The notes: generated by a model from the sequence alone, not told the origin. 64,000 bases of DNA from Octopus vulgaris (GCA_951406725.2 OX597816.1:109368001-109432000), one strand, 5' to 3'. Counted from the first letter of the stretch, positions 1 through 14,217 are shown. A program made the numbers and translations.

Positions 1-570
1 TGTAATTTATGCATGTGAGATTTCATAATTCTAGCATCATTCCTTCATAGTCAGCCTATGAATTTTTCAGCCCACACTCATAAGTACTAGAATTCGACGA
101 AAACCCTTCAAGGCAGAAGTCCAAAACTGAAAGAAGTAAAAGTTAATAATGAAAATTGATAGAAACGATTGATGTAATAACTTGACGCACATGAATTTCA
201 TGAAGAAATATTAATTCATCTAATGAAGGCATTTATTTACTGATTGTACTCTTCAATTGAATAGAAACTGCGGTTTGAAATCAATAAACTGAACGGCTGA
301 ATCGCCTATAAATCTATGTAACGCAAAACAAACGTTTACATTTTCCTTGCGGTAATCTCCAGGAAAACGCACGTGCATACGCACACATAAGCGCACAGAC
401 ACACGCATACATAATATGTGTGAAAGAAAGATGATGAATATTGAAAAAGAGAGAAAGTTGTCTATTAATCTCTCTTTTTTTTTGCTCTCTTTTCCTCTCT
501 ATATGATCTTTGTTTGATATATAGTTTACATACACATGTATACATACATACGTACCTATGTACATACAAG

Positions 571-1007
571 AAACCTGCAGTTACTCTATCCAAGTTAAAG
601 TTCAGTTTCATACCTGTGATTATTGGGGCCTTGGGATATGTATCACACTATCTAAATAGCAATCTTGAGAAATTAGGCTTCTCAAAACCAGAAAGGAGAA
701 AGCTAATTCGAATACTACAGATCCAATCCATCACTGGAACTATAAAAATCTGTAAAACTTTCCAGAAGTTTATCATTTAAATATATATTAGTATGTCAAG
801 ATATGCAACTATATGCATGAGAATACATGCATAAAGTAAAACATATAAGTCTACATATATACAAGGATACATACAAAAAAAAATGCCTGTTGCTGATGTT
901 GGAATTCCAGTGAAGCCTTAGATCTAAGTTAAAAACCGGCTCTTTCTCTATTGGCAAGAAATCTTGAAATAAAAGCGAACAATGACATACATACATACAT
1001 ACGTACG
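571..1007 (+). mobile_element. 5'-truncated R4/Dong-like (REL endonuclease) LINE: ORF C-terminus plus 3' UTR
   Basis: Translation FSFIPVIIGALGYV...LEKLG...LQIQSITGTIKICKTF* matches the PxxxGALG...LQ C-terminus of REL-type LINEs. The 3' UTR recurs at 2600 and 13681. (TACA)-type repeats flank both sides. Confidence 0.75.
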
Positions 1008-2599
1008 TACGTACATACATACATAATTGGATGTATATATGTATGAAGACATAAGAAACCAAAATTCCTTTTAATAAATATATCAATATATGAAATAAAG
1101 TAGTACACAACTTTCGGAAATGGTGCTTTTACAAATGCATTAGCCATACAAGATTGCAAGATGCAGGTACAATCAGAAAATATTTAAAAGCTCATATCAA
1201 AGCAATTTATAAGCATAATAAATATGCGTATTCAAATATTTACTCATCTCTCTCTCTCTCCCCTCTATATATATATATGATTGTATGTGTGTGTTTTTGC
1301 ATTTGTGTGTGTATATGTATGTGTGTATGGGTGTCACTTAGAAGTGCATCCGGTGGACTCTGCGTAAGAAATCTTCATGGCTCAACGGAGGGAAAGGCAG
1401 ATGCAACATGCGTTGTGGAGTGCATAGAGCAAGACGAGGAAGCAACACATCTTGGTCCTCCATTGCAACCATTTCCACCCTCATGCATTCCTCCATGCAT
1501 GCATGCGTGCTTCTAACCATTCAACTAGTACAATGTCCATTCCTACATGCATGGATATACATATTCATTTATATAAAGATATATATATATAACAAGTCAC
1601 ACATCTGTATATAAGTGTGTGTGTGTGTGTGTGTGTGTGTGAGTTTGTGAGAGTGCGTGCTTGTGCACATGCACAATTGTATGATATCAGAGCCATTTCT
1701 TGTATGAATACAGTCCTGGGGTGTATGAATTATTGTAATAAATGATAGTAAAGCCAAATCTGATCTCAATATAAACCTTTCATATGTATGAGAAACAGCT
1801 GGGAAAATACTTTACCCTCTGGCCTTAAGTAGCAGGCGTTGGTCTCACACACAAATATGCACTCACACAGACACACTCATACATATATATATGTATATGC
1901 TTAAAAGTATAAGTATATACATACACATCATACATGCATAAACACCTACAAACATACAGACATATATATCTATCTACAGGCATGTGTGTTCACACATTCC
2001 TCAGTGAAGGAAATAATGTTAACACCACGTGTATTTTCATGTTAAGTTGTGCTGTTCTGTATTACAAAATACTTGGGCGTGATGTGAGGTTTTATTTTAT
2101 GTATTTATAAATAAACAACCACACACAGACACAAACACACACAAACACACGCACAGACACTTTTATACATATATAAAGAGATAATTATATACATATACAC
2201 ACATCCATACAAAATGTATATATGTATATATATATATATATAGACACAGCTATAAAATAATATTATAGAAGTGTATATATTAAATATACATATGTGAATA
2301 AGTGTGTATAAGTATATGTAAGAGTCTATATATACGTGTGTTTGTGTCTGTACGTGCGTGTGAGTGCGTGTGCGCATGTCTGTGTATTCATGAATATAAA
2401 TAATATCTCTCGTGGCGTGATTTTCGAATTACACATTATAGAATAGAATTGGATATATATGTTTCCCTTCATCGCTCTAGTTCTTTCTATATAAATACAT
2501 GCATACACACATGCATACATACATACATACATACATACATACATACATACATACATACATACATACATACATACATACATACATACATACATACAAACA

Positions 2600-2700
2600 T
2601 GTTGTTGATGTTGAAATTCCAAAGAAGCCTTGGATTTAGGTTAGAAACCGGCTCTTGCTCTTATGACAAGAAATCTTGAAATAAAATTGAATAATGTCAT
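2600..2700 (+). mobile_element. 3'-UTR fragment of the same R4/Dong-like LINE
   Basis: gttgatgttgaaattcc...ttagaaaccggctct...caagaaatcttgaaataaaa aligns with 888-1007; preceded by a (TACA)n array. Confidence 0.7.
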
Positions 2701-2706
2701 TCTTAC

Positions 2707-2771
<65 letters not shown>

Positions 2772-2903
2772 CAAAAAAACTTTTCTTTTAAATTTTCGAA
2801 ACCGATACTGAAATGTTCTTTATAAAATTATTTCAGCATTTTCTATCTTAACTTGTTTTTTCATATGTATCAACTCGTGTGTCTCATTTCATCCTTATAC
2901 ATA

Positions 2904-3004
<101 letters not shown>

Positions 3005-3102
3005 CATACTTACATACATACATACATACATACTTACATACATACATACATTTATACATACATGCATACATACATACATACATACATACCTACATACATA
3101 CT

Positions 3103-3550
3103 GGCTGTGTGGTATGTAGCCTGCTTACTAACCACATGGTTCCAGGTAAGTGTCTTCTACTGTAGCATCGGGTCGACTAAAAACTAATGAGTGGATTTGG
3201 TAAACTCAAAGAAGCCCGTTGTGTGTATTATGTATGTATGTATGTATGTATGTATGTATGTATGTATGTATGTATATATATATATATGTATATATATATA
3301 TGTATATGTATATATCATATGTGTCTGTGGAAATGCTTGTGTGTTTGTGTTTGACCCCCACCAACATCGCTTGACACCCGATCTTGGTGTGTTTACGTCC
3401 CCGTAACGTAGCGGTTCGGCAAAAGAACCGATAAAATAAGTACTAGGCTTACAAAAAAATAAGCCCTGGAGTCTGCTTGCTTGACTAAAAGTGGTGCTCC
3501 AGCATGGTCACAGTCTAAATGACTGAAACAAATAAGGGAGTAAAAGAATA
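3103..3550 (+). mobile_element. tRNA-derived SINE, family A (octopus OK/OR-type; name tentative), with expanded internal microsatellite
   Basis: Aligns with the full copy at 40215-40615: ggctgtgtggt head, gagtggatttggta body, ggtgctccagcatgg...gactgaaac tail. Confidence 0.85.
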
Positions 3551-4799
3551 TATACACACACACACATTTATATATAAGTACATATTTTTTCCTCTTTTAC
3601 TTGTTTCAGTCATCAGACTACGGTCATGCTGGGGTGCCGCCTTCATAACACGAATCGGAAGAGCTCGGCGAGAACTGCCCTTCCATTGAAACCACGTCCG
3701 ATCAGCACAACCCTAAAATATCGTTATTTGTCTACACTTTCTCTTTATTATTGTAACTTCCCTCTCTGGTCATCAAGTTTCTTTTTATTCACGAGACAGG
3801 AAAAAATATACTGAGGAAAACACATAGGGATACATAAACAAAGAAACAGAGATAACGGGGACACGAGAGCGAGATAGAGAGAGGGAGGGAGACAGAGAGA
3901 GAGAGCGCGGGGGCAAGAGAGAGTGAGAGCGAGAGCGAAAGAAGAAGAAAGTGAGAGAGTGAGGCAGTGCTAGGGCGAGAGAGAGGGAGAGAGACAGAGA
4001 CAGAGAGAAATAGGGTAATAAAACTGAAATATAATAAATTGAATAAATACTATACATTTTTCTTTACAATAATCGAAAAATTAAGAAAAAATTCCGAAGC
4101 TACAGGTAATAAACTACTCAATGAGTAGGTCATTTGCTAATCAAAATTCATAACAGAAAGAGTATAAAACACATTTCACTGTTTCCCTACCCAACACCTT
4201 AACCCTGTAAAAGTCCCCCTAAAAAAACATAAAATGCTGATTAGAATTCAATTTCCTGGAGCTGAGTAAAATCTCTCATACATAAATCTGATTCTTCTTT
4301 TTGGTAAGTTTTTGTGACTCCTTACCTATTCCCTTGGTATTTGCATTGTCTGAAAGAATTTTATGTTCCATTAAAAGTAATCATTGTCATATTCTTTTCC
4401 CATCTCATTGTCAAATCCTTAATAATTTGTTTGCATTTGTCTGTTGTAGATATGTGTAATTCTTAGCTGTTATCAATAGGCCTAGTGGGAATAACATTTA
4501 GCGTGTCAACATTTAATGTATGTATTATGAATATACGTGTGCATGTTTGTATGTGGGTATGTATACACAAACACACATACACACATACACACCCACCCAT
4601 ACACACACACGCACACACAGACACACACATATATATATGCTCAGTTATAATAAAAACAAACAATTTCACATTAATTTGGTGGCTTTCTCCATACTTTTGT
4701 GGAGTACAAATTTATTATTCTTAAACAAGAATATTATTGACATTGACTTCGAAGATTCGATCACGTAAGCTTGACGATAGTTTAACATCTATCTATCTG

Positions 4800-4889
<90 letters not shown>

Positions 4890-5214
4890 AGTCTGTCTCT
4901 CTGTCTGTCTGTCAGTCAGTCAATCTGTCTGTCTGTCTGTCTTTCTATCTAGCTATCTGTCTGTCTTTGTGTATTTACTATGTAAAACAGTTTGCTCAAT
5001 ATTGGTTTTTGAAATTGTTCCAAGAATAAAAGTCTGTGGAATAGGTACGGTTTATTAGTATCACTCATGTATTACCGGTACTTATTTTACAGGTACTGGA
5101 AGCATGAAATATATTTCTAACATAATAAGGAAAGGTAAATATCAAAACGTATTTTGTTCGCGAAGCCACACTATTTGGCAGAAGTGTATATTCGTTTAGA
5201 TAGCGACCAAATCC

Positions 5215-5423
<209 letters not shown>

Positions 5424-6100
5424 AAGACGGTGAGCTGGCAGATTCATTTGCACGCTGGACGAAATGCTTAGCGTATTTCGCCCGTCGCTACGTCCTGAGT
5501 TCAGATTCTGCCGAAGTCGACTTTGCCTTTCGTCCTTTCGAGGTCGATAAATTTAGTACTAGTGAGACATTTGGGTCGATGTAATAGATTAGTCCTCTTC
5601 TCCCCAAATTTCAGGTCTAGTGCCTTTAGCAGGAAGGATTATTATTATCATTAAGACAGTGAGCTGGCAGAATCGCTAATTCGCAGGACGAAATGCTTAG
5701 CCGTATTTCGTCACTCGCTACGTTCTGAGTGCCAATTACGCCGAGGTCGACTTTGCCTTTCAGCCTTTCGAGGTCGATAAAATAAGTACCAGTTGAACAC
5801 TGGTGTTGATATAATCGACTCATCTCCACCCACCACCGAGCTGTCCTTGTGGGAAACATTTGAAATGATAATTATTTTTATTATCAAGACGGTAGTGTGG
5901 CAGAATCGTTAGCACGCTGGACGAAATGCTTAGTGATATTTCGTTCGTCTTCAGGTTCTGAGTTCAAATCCCACGATCGTCGACTTTACATTTCCTCCTT
6001 TCGGGGTCGATAATATATGTACCAGTTGAGTACTGGGGTCGCTGCAATCGACTTACTCCCTTCTCGAAATTTCTGGCCTTGTACCAAAATTTGAAATTAC
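5424..6100 (+). mobile_element. Three head-to-tail copies of SINE family B (Nin/Deu-domain-like): about 5424-5642, 5653-5872 and 5885-6100
   Basis: Each has a gagctggcagaa-type head, a gagttcaaattc-type B box, a ggtcgactttgcctttcatcctttcgaggtcgataa core and an att-rich tail. Confidence 0.9.
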
Positions 6101-6109
6101 TATTTTTAT

Positions 6110-6676
6110 TTTATTGTCTTTGCACAGCTTCTCACGCTGGAGCTGTACTAAACTGGGTTTTATGCCTATTTCTTGTATCAATGTGTTCAAATATTTAGGA
6201 ATGGTTCCCAATGCACTTGTAACTACTGGAATACATTTTACCTACACTCTCCAAAATCTCTGTAATTCTATTGCTAGGTTCTGGTCCTTAATGCTTGATA
6301 TTGTGCTGCTACTGACAAACTTTCTGCCTCCCTTTTAAGCCTTCATTTCTGAAATGTAACCATGTTTCACTATCACTATTTGCTGCAACTATCTTTTGGA
6401 ATCAGCCATGCAATGCCTTCTCCTGCCAGTCAGATAATTGCTGTTATTTTTTCTGGTTTTTAGCTCTGATTGACCTTTTGGTTTCCCTATGTCTTACTGT
6501 GACTCTAGCAGCTCTTAATAAACTTTATTCACTATTACCTACATAGGAGTATATTTTGTACTTAGCTAACTCCACGCAGTCTTCTATTGATATTGACCCT
6601 CTTTCACCTTCCTTTCTAGGTAAGTATAATCTTGCTACTCCTGCCCTTGGGTGGAGTCCTCCATTCATATCAAGAT
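6110..6676 (-). pseudogene. Degraded R4/Dong-like LINE ORF (RT thumb region and REL C-terminus, internally deleted)
   Basis: Minus strand reads GGLHPRAGVARLYLPRKEGERG...WQEKALHG, then LAIELQRFW...IPVVTSALGTIPK, with stop codons. Confidence 0.8.
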
Positions 6677-6689
6677 TAACAGCGCAAGA

Positions 6690-7010
6690 CATTTCAGGTA
6701 GAGCCCAGCTAGAATTTTCGTGAGGTTGAGTAGCCCATCCCACTCAAAAGGTCCCTGAATAAGGGTTGTTTAATGATGTTGAACGAAACAGCTTTGTCTC
6801 CAGAAGTGGATTATCCAAACCCCAAAGAATTCCTCTCAACACATGGCTGTGATGCTCCCCACTACTTCTGCTCGTGATCAGAAATGCACATATTGTCAGT
6901 CACTAAGGGACATTCTGAAATGTTTAAGGTCAAGCAACTGACAAGCAAATCTGTGGTACTGGCAGAATATTTGCTGTGGCCCATCTTTTAAGCCAAGACA
7001 AAAGAATAGA
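6690..7010 (-). mobile_element. Non-coding interspersed repeat, probable LINE 3' region (copy 1)
   Basis: Aligns with 7285-7470 and, in the opposite orientation, with 50470-50640. Confidence 0.7.
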
Positions 7011-7024
7011 CACATGAACACTTC

Positions 7025-7026
<2 letters not shown>

Positions 7027-7123
<97 letters not shown>

Positions 7124-7470
7124 GAGTGAGAGAGTAGTTCATGCCATCAAAGTGACACTGGGGTACAATAGAAACTCAATATACCCATCATGACTACCCG
7201 TCTGATAGGGTACACCAGGCACATGCATCACAACCATATGTGCGCGACATGGTGATCTCATATCAAGATAAACAGCACATGACCTTGCAGGTGGGGCCCA
7301 GTTAGAATTTTCTTCAGGTTGAGTAGCCCGCTCAAACGGTCCCTGAATAAGGGTCGTTTAAGGATTTTGAAAGAACAACCCATGTTTCCAGAGGATGGCT
7401 TATTCAAACCCCAAAGGATCATTCTCAACACATGGCTTTCGATGTTCCCCCTTACTTCTGCTCGTGATCA
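7027..7470 (-). mobile_element. Same repeat, 3'-terminal copy ending in a (TAA)n tail (7027-7123)
   Basis: On the minus strand it ends ...ctctctcactc followed directly by (aat)n; overlaps copy 1 in sequence. Confidence 0.7.
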
Positions 7471-7562
7471 AGACGATCACTGGTATTGTAACCGCCTTGA
7501 GATGCCACATTTTCTCAATTTCAATGAGTAGGTCTTTATATTTTCTTCTTCTTCTTCTTCTT

Positions 7563-7643
<81 letters not shown>

Positions 7644-7657
7644 AGAGTTATTAATAA

Positions 7658-8315
7658 TAGAGTGCTGGCAAAACCGTTAGCATGCCTATCAAAACGCTTG
7701 GTGGCATTTCGTCCCTCTTTACGTTCTGCGTTTAAATTCCGACGTGGTTGACTTTACCTTTCAATCTCTCTCGATCGAGTACTAGGGTTGATAGCGGATA
7801 GCGGTCCGAATCATTAGCATGCCGGACAAATACTTAGTGTTTTGGCTCTTTACGCCTTGAGTTCAAACGTTGCCGAGGTTAACTTTGTCTTTCATCCTTT
7901 CGAGGCCAATGAAATAAAGTAGCAGTCAAGGTCGATGTAATTGATTATCCTTTCCTCATTTGCTGGCCTTGCAACAAGTGCTTAAACTTAGGTGGCGAGC
8001 TTGCACATTCTTTAGCATGCCGGGCAAACTACTTAGTGGCATTTCGTCCGATCTTACGTTCTGAGTTCAGATTCTGGTAATGTCGGCTTTCCTTTTCATC
8101 CGTTGAGCACCGGGGTCGATGTAATCAAATACCCCCTTGACCCCAAATTTTTGATCTTGTGCCTATAGTAGAAAAAAATTGTTGCTAAAGCAGCGAGCTT
8201 GTATAATCATCAGGACACCGAACAAAATGTTTAGCGGTGTTTCGACTATCTTTACGTTCTGAGTTTAAATGCCGCCAAGATCGACTTTACCTTTCATCCT
8301 TTCGGGGTCGATATA
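7658..8315 (+). mobile_element. Four degraded tandem SINE family B copies
   Basis: Repeated ttagcatgcc...tttacgttctgagttcaaa...gactttgcctttcatcc-like blocks starting near 7660, 7800, 7990 and 8188. Confidence 0.8.
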
Positions 8316-9649
8316 ATTATGTTTTGCATAACTGAAAATTTCCAGACTACATATATAGAAAACAACTGAATTAAAGAAAAATAAATATGCAATATCTACC
8401 AATGAAGGTATTGTTCAACTGCCACCTCCAGTTGTGGTATTTCTAGGAAAACTTGTAAACTTTTCCGACTCCGAACGTCATATATCATGGAAATCGATTT
8501 TAAAAATATCAGTGGAGTAATTGCTTTTGAAGGTCACAAATTTAATTTGCTTCCTTCTACATCACACAGTAATACAAGGTTAGAGGCACAGCAATAAATC
8601 TGATCTCACAGTCAATTGTAATTAATGAGAACCGATGGATAAAATACAAGTGCATACCTTCTGAGTGTGTTTGAGTCAAACTCTAAGAACCGACAGAGGG
8701 AACAATTGACTGGTTTCCAATGAATATAAACTCTACTTCATTTTACGAGTGTTCTTTTCTTCCATTTGAGTGTGCATGTGTTTGAGCGTGCGTGTGCACC
8801 CGCGAGTGTACGTGTCCGTGTGCCCGGTGTATGTGTGCTTGTGTGCGTGTGTATATGACTATGTTTATTTACGATGTCTCTCTCTCTATGTATATATATA
8901 TATATATACTCATGTAAATGCTTATGTATACATATATAGGTATATACACTGATATAGATATAGTTATACATTCGTGTAAACATATGTAGAATATCTTTAT
9001 CCGTATATCTATCTTTCTGTCTGTTCATCTCAAATTTACGTATGTATAATTCTTCACACTCACACTCTTTTTTCATACACCCACATACACACGCGCGCAC
9101 ACACACACACACACATACGCGCGCGCGCACATGCACACAGACTCACACACATGTGTACGGAAACTCACATATGCACATATATAAGATTAATGCTGCCCGT
9201 GAGCGTTTGGTTGAGTTGTTTATTTCAAGTAAATCCCTTTCTTGAAAAATCACTTCAGTAGATTTAGTAATTACTTTCGCTGTGTGTTATAGTCTGTTAG
9301 TTATAGTGTTGTGCTTGTTGCTGGTTGTGTGTCAGGGTAGGGCTAGTGACAAGTTGCATTTGTGTGGGTGTGTGGAAAATGGTGTTAAGTAGAATTCTGC
9401 TTATGTTCATAGAAAGCATTGGTGGACTGGGTATGTATGTACGGGAATGGAATGATGGTAGACAGATTTTTTTTATTTTGTGTATGAATAAAAATTTTGC
9501 TAATATTATGTTTAGTGATGGTGGCTTCTGTTGTTATTGTTAGCAATGGTAGTGTTAGTGGTGTTGGTTGGGTGCGGTGGAGATGGTTAGCGTTGGTAGT
9601 GGCGGTAATATTATTTACTATTGCTTAATGAATGGTTGTAGCGACTAGT

Positions 9650-9850
9650 GTTGTTGTTTAGCCCTAGGCTAGCTCTGATTAACCAGATCTATGATCAAAA
9701 GGACTCCAGTCGTGACTATTCTATCTTTTCATCTACAAAGAACCCAAGAACCCAAGAACACAATCATGTCCTTGTTTGAAAGCGTGAGGTTTTGATTCGA
9801 GGGATTTGTGGCTGGTGCAGTGACTTCGAAGAAGCTGTTCCTTCGTTGAT
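9650..9850 (-). mobile_element. Old repeat with an RTE-like (aac)n 3' tail; related pieces near 26088-26400 and 35840-35925
   Basis: Shared gttgttgttt(ag)ccc..gg(t)cag...tatgatcaaa motif in three diverged copies. Confidence 0.45.
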
Positions 9851-9929
9851 GGCGTTGAGGAATGACGGCAGCTAGAGTTGGTATTGGTTAGGGATTGTGG
9901 TGCTGGTTAGCATTAATGTTACTCAGTGA

Positions 9930-10326
9930 AGGTGGCGAGCTGGCAGAAACGTTAGCACGCCGGGCGAAATGCTTAGTGGTATTCCGTCTGTCTTTACGTT
10001 CTGAGTTCAAATTACGCCGAGGTCAACTTTGCCTTTCATCCTTTTTGGGTCGATTAAATAAGTACCAGTTACGCACTGGGGTCGATATAATCGACTTAAT
10101 CCATTTGTCTGTCATTGTTTGTCCCCTCTGTGTTTAGCCCCTTGTGTGTAGTAGAGAAATAGGTATTTCGTCTGCCGCTACGTTCTGAGTTCAAATTCCG
10201 CCGAGGTCGACTTTGCCTTTCATCCTTTCGAGGTTGATAAATTAAGTACCAGTTGCGTACTGGAGTCGATCTAATCGACTGGTCCCCTCCCCCAAAATTT
10301 CGGGCCTTGTGCCTAGAGCAGAAAAG
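9930..10326 (+). mobile_element. Dimeric SINE family B element with an 18-bp target-site duplication
   Basis: A full monomer is followed by a 5'-truncated monomer. attaatgttactcagtga occurs at 9912-9929 and again at 10327-10344. Confidence 0.9.
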
Positions 10327-10849
10327 ATTAATGTTACTCAGTGATGGTATTTTTAGTTGTGGTGCTGGTTAGTGAGTCTGTTCGTTAGTGGTTGCGGTTC
10401 TGGTTTATAGTGGTGGTTAGTATTGGATTGTAGTATGTGGTAGGGATGCTAGTTGGTAGTGGTAGAAATTTTAGCCAGAGGTCAATGGTTGTTGTTTTCA
10501 GTTAGTATTAGTGGTTGTGGAGTTGATGACACTGGTAATGGCTAGTGCTGATAGTTACTGGTACTAATAGTGTTGGTTAGTACCAGCTAGTTGTGTTGGT
10601 GGCGGTGTTACTTAGAGCTCATAGAGTTGGTGATAAGGGTGGCCCTAATGTTAGTGTGTATTTGGGCATATTCGGTAAATGTACTGCAGTGGTCACCTTA
10701 ATTTTGTTTTAGTTTTGGAAGTTCAAAACAATATGTATAAACTATATCAAGGTCGAGCAATTGTAATTGAATGAATCCGAGTGTTTTCATTGGCTATTTT
10801 ATTTTATTTACTTTGGAATATTAGGTAAATAGATTGAGGAATTAATAAA

Positions 10850-11660
10850 GGAAAAAAAAAGGAAAACGACAGAATGCTTCAAAGAGAAGAGAAAATAGAA
10901 GAGATAGCCCGAGGGTGTGAGATAGAAAGAAAGGGAGAGTGAGAGAGAAAGAAAATGAAAGAGTGAGTGAGAGGGAGAGAAAGAGGGAGAGAGAGAAGTA
11001 GAGGGAAAGCGGGAGGGAAAGAGAGAATTAAGAAGGGAGAGGTAGAAACAGAATTGAAAAGAATGTTGGAAGCAATATATTTGAAGTGAAAAAAGATGCT
11101 GGGAAGAGATGTGATGGAGACTTTAAAAAGGGATAGACAAACAGAGAGAGTGATACACACACACAGAGGCGAGAGGGGAAGAGTAAAAAGGATGATAGAG
11201 AAGGTGGTCACAGGCTCCAGAAGAGAATGAGAGAAGATGTGTTTATGAGACAGAATGAGGGTAGACGGGAAGAGGAAATAAAATTAAAAATACATAAAAA
11301 AACCTAAAAAAGTGCAAAAAAAAAAAATAAAGACACAGGAAGAAGTATAAGAGGGGCAAATGTCTCAACTACTTTTGATGAAAGAAAGGGACAAAAAGGA
11401 AAATAGAAGCCCCTACTGCTACCCTAGTTAATAGCACGAAGAAAAGATGAATGAAAAAAAAATAAAAAGGAGATAAAGACGATAAGAAAGAAGTTTTACA
11501 AAGGGGAAACATAAAAGGTAAACAAGGAAGAAACGGAGATAAAACAGAGGGAAAGAACTATATAGAGATATCAAGTGGGGAGGAGGAAAAGAAAAATATT
11601 AAGCAGTCCTGAGAAAATAAAAATGAAACAAAAACAAATAAAAATGAAAACAAACACAAA
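10850..11660. repeat. Purine-rich (GA/A) low-complexity tract
   Basis: Strong A/G strand bias is directly visible. Confidence 0.8.
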
Positions 11661-12175
11661 CAAAGCGTAATTTCATATTTATTTCTGTTTTATATTTTGT
11701 TGCTATTTTAAAAAGTATATAAATACTAAGTCTCCTCCGCTATTATTAGTTATATTCTGTCTTGATTCTTCTACGCTTTGTACATACGACATTTAAACTC
11801 GTCAGAGCAGAGATCAAATTTGATTTGGTAATTTTCAGTCGCAGACAAACTAAATAGATAAAAAAAAACACAAATAAATGGAGACGAAATATTTCTTAAA
11901 AAGCTTAATAATGGATTAATTCTTTTGTTGAAGTTTGCTAGACACTGACCACAATTCGGACAGCTGAAAAGAAAAAGAAAAAGAAAAAGGGGAAAAAAAA
12001 GGAAAAGAAGAGAAAAATTATATTCTGAGATCTTTTCGTCGCAAAATTAGTTTTGCTATACCGAGCAAGTATTCATTATAATTATCCAAACATATTTAGT
12101 CACACGTTCATACATAATACACATTAGTACACTCCAGCACACTTATTGTACACAGTTTTATTCATACACACACAT

Positions 12176-12267
<92 letters not shown>

Positions 12268-12840
12268 TTTTACAAGTTACAAAAGACACGCGTACGCACA
12301 AAAAATATACATAGTATAACAAATACAATAAATGGATTTCTGTCTATGCTGCGCATCTGTATGCTTTTATGCATGCACATGTGAATGTGCGTAGTTAACT
12401 ATATATACATTAATACATCTACATTTCTATGCCAAAGACAGCAAGAACAACAGCAGCAGCAACAAGACCGACAATAATAACAACAAACTTCTAAGATGTA
12501 AAAACAAAAAAAAACAACAACAACAACAAAAAGACTGAACAAATGTGAAATCTTTACAAGACAAAACACTGCCCAGAAAAAAAAAACAGCGTAAAAACGA
12601 AGTAAAAATCAAGTAGTTAAACAACGACAACAACAACAGCAAGCTAAAAGAAAACAACGCCATTAACAAGAATATTTACGAGAATAACAAAAATAAACAC
12701 TAGCACAACTTATTTTGCCCATTGTTGGAATAATAACACGATCACAGACAACGCCAAAAACAGGTTGTTAGGATTGGTTCAAAGAAGTGTTTACACCACT
12801 TATTGCTCTGTTTAGTTAAACAGCCGAGTCAAAAATCTCC

Positions 12841-12888
12841 ATGATGGCGGCATCTTACCTTCTTTTGTTGACGTCTGCTCTTGCGTTG
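12841..12888 (+). CDS. Candidate short coding exon, MMAASYLLLLTSALAL (signal-peptide-like)
   Basis: ATG preceded by an in-frame TAA at 12817; 16 mostly hydrophobic codons; consensus donor TTG|GTAAGT at 12889; possible acceptors ending at 12815 or 12823; non-repetitive sequence. Confidence 0.45.
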
Positions 12889-12949
12889 GTAAGTTTTTAA
12901 GTTCTGTTTTTATAAACGTATGATTGTGTGTGTATGTATGTACAAGCAA

Positions 12950-12998
<49 letters not shown>

Positions 12999-13143
12999 TA
13001 GGTGTGTGTGTATAAATTTATATATATATGTGTATGTATGAGTGCCTAAATATGAAATGCATGCATATATATACATGTATTTATGTATGTATGTCTGCAA
13101 ATATACGTATACACATAACGTGCACACACACGTATATGTATAA

Positions 13144-13220
<77 letters not shown>

Positions 13221-13496
13221 AATCTGTATCTCTGTCTACCTAACTATCTATCTATGATACACACCACACACTCTCATGTAATATCTTCGTTCGTTCGAGT
13301 AAACATATATACTCATATATACTCAATACTCCTTTTTGTTTGTTTACTCAAACGTATTTACCTTCATCGAAATCGATATCTGTGTTCTCCCTCTCTCTCC
13401 CTCTCTCTCCCACTCTCTCACTCACTCTCTCTCTCTGTCTTAATATGTGTATATATATATATATACAGACAGACACATACATACATACATTCGTGC

Positions 13497-13556
<60 letters not shown>

Positions 13557-13680
13557 GCATATATATTATACGTATATGTATATAATATCAAGTTACCTGT
13601 CTGCCTTATATGTGTATGTGTATGTATTTATGTACACATATACAATTATCTTAATATATGCATGCTTGCATACGTATGTG

Positions 13681-13780
13681 TGTCATTATTGTTTTATTTC
13701 AAGATTTCTTGCCGATAGAGAAAGAGACGATTTCTAACTGAACTCGAAGGGACTTTCCTTGGAATTTCAACTTCAACAAT
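13681..13780 (-). mobile_element. 3'-UTR fragment of the R4/Dong-like LINE
   Basis: Reverse complement aligns with 888-1007 (gttgaaattcc...ggcaagaaatcttgaaataaaa...aatgaca). Confidence 0.7.
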
Positions 13781-14153
13781 ATTTTTGCATGTGTGTATAT
13801 GCGCAATATTTGGAGTCAGTGCATGTGTAGATTTTTATGTTCTGTTTTATTTATGTATTCTCATACATACTTGTATAGACATGCACATATATGCTTAAGT
13901 GATAGACTTCTGGAAAGTTTTACAGATTGTTACAGTTTCAGTTATGGCTTGGATGTACAGTCTTCGAATCAGCTGTCTCTTTTCTGAGTTTGTGAAATCT
14001 AATTTCTCACTAGTTCCGCATAGGTATTTTCTTTTTCACTGATCTGCATATATGTATGTATGAATGTATTCTTTTATTCATTTACATGTTTCAGTCCTAA
14101 GGCTGTGGCCATGTTGGGGCATCGCCAGTAACAGAAATGTTCCAACCGCTGGA

Positions 14154-14217
14154 TGCAGAAACGGTGGATCAAACCAGAGTCCTTTAAGATCTTCAATCTA
14201 ATGCTCTCCCAACTGAG

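Noticed and set aside
4326-4349. Possible 24-nt minus-strand microexon (ttctttcag|...|gtaagg)
   Set aside because: Such signal pairs arise by chance in 64 kb, and no partner exons are visible.
5424-8315. Regularly spaced repeats resembling a CRISPR array
   Set aside because: Units are diverged SINEs of about 200 bp; the context is eukaryotic and there are no cas genes.
8609-8712. 11-bp inverted repeat cagtcaattgt/acaattgactg
   Set aside because: No TSD, no second copy, and too short to call a MITE.
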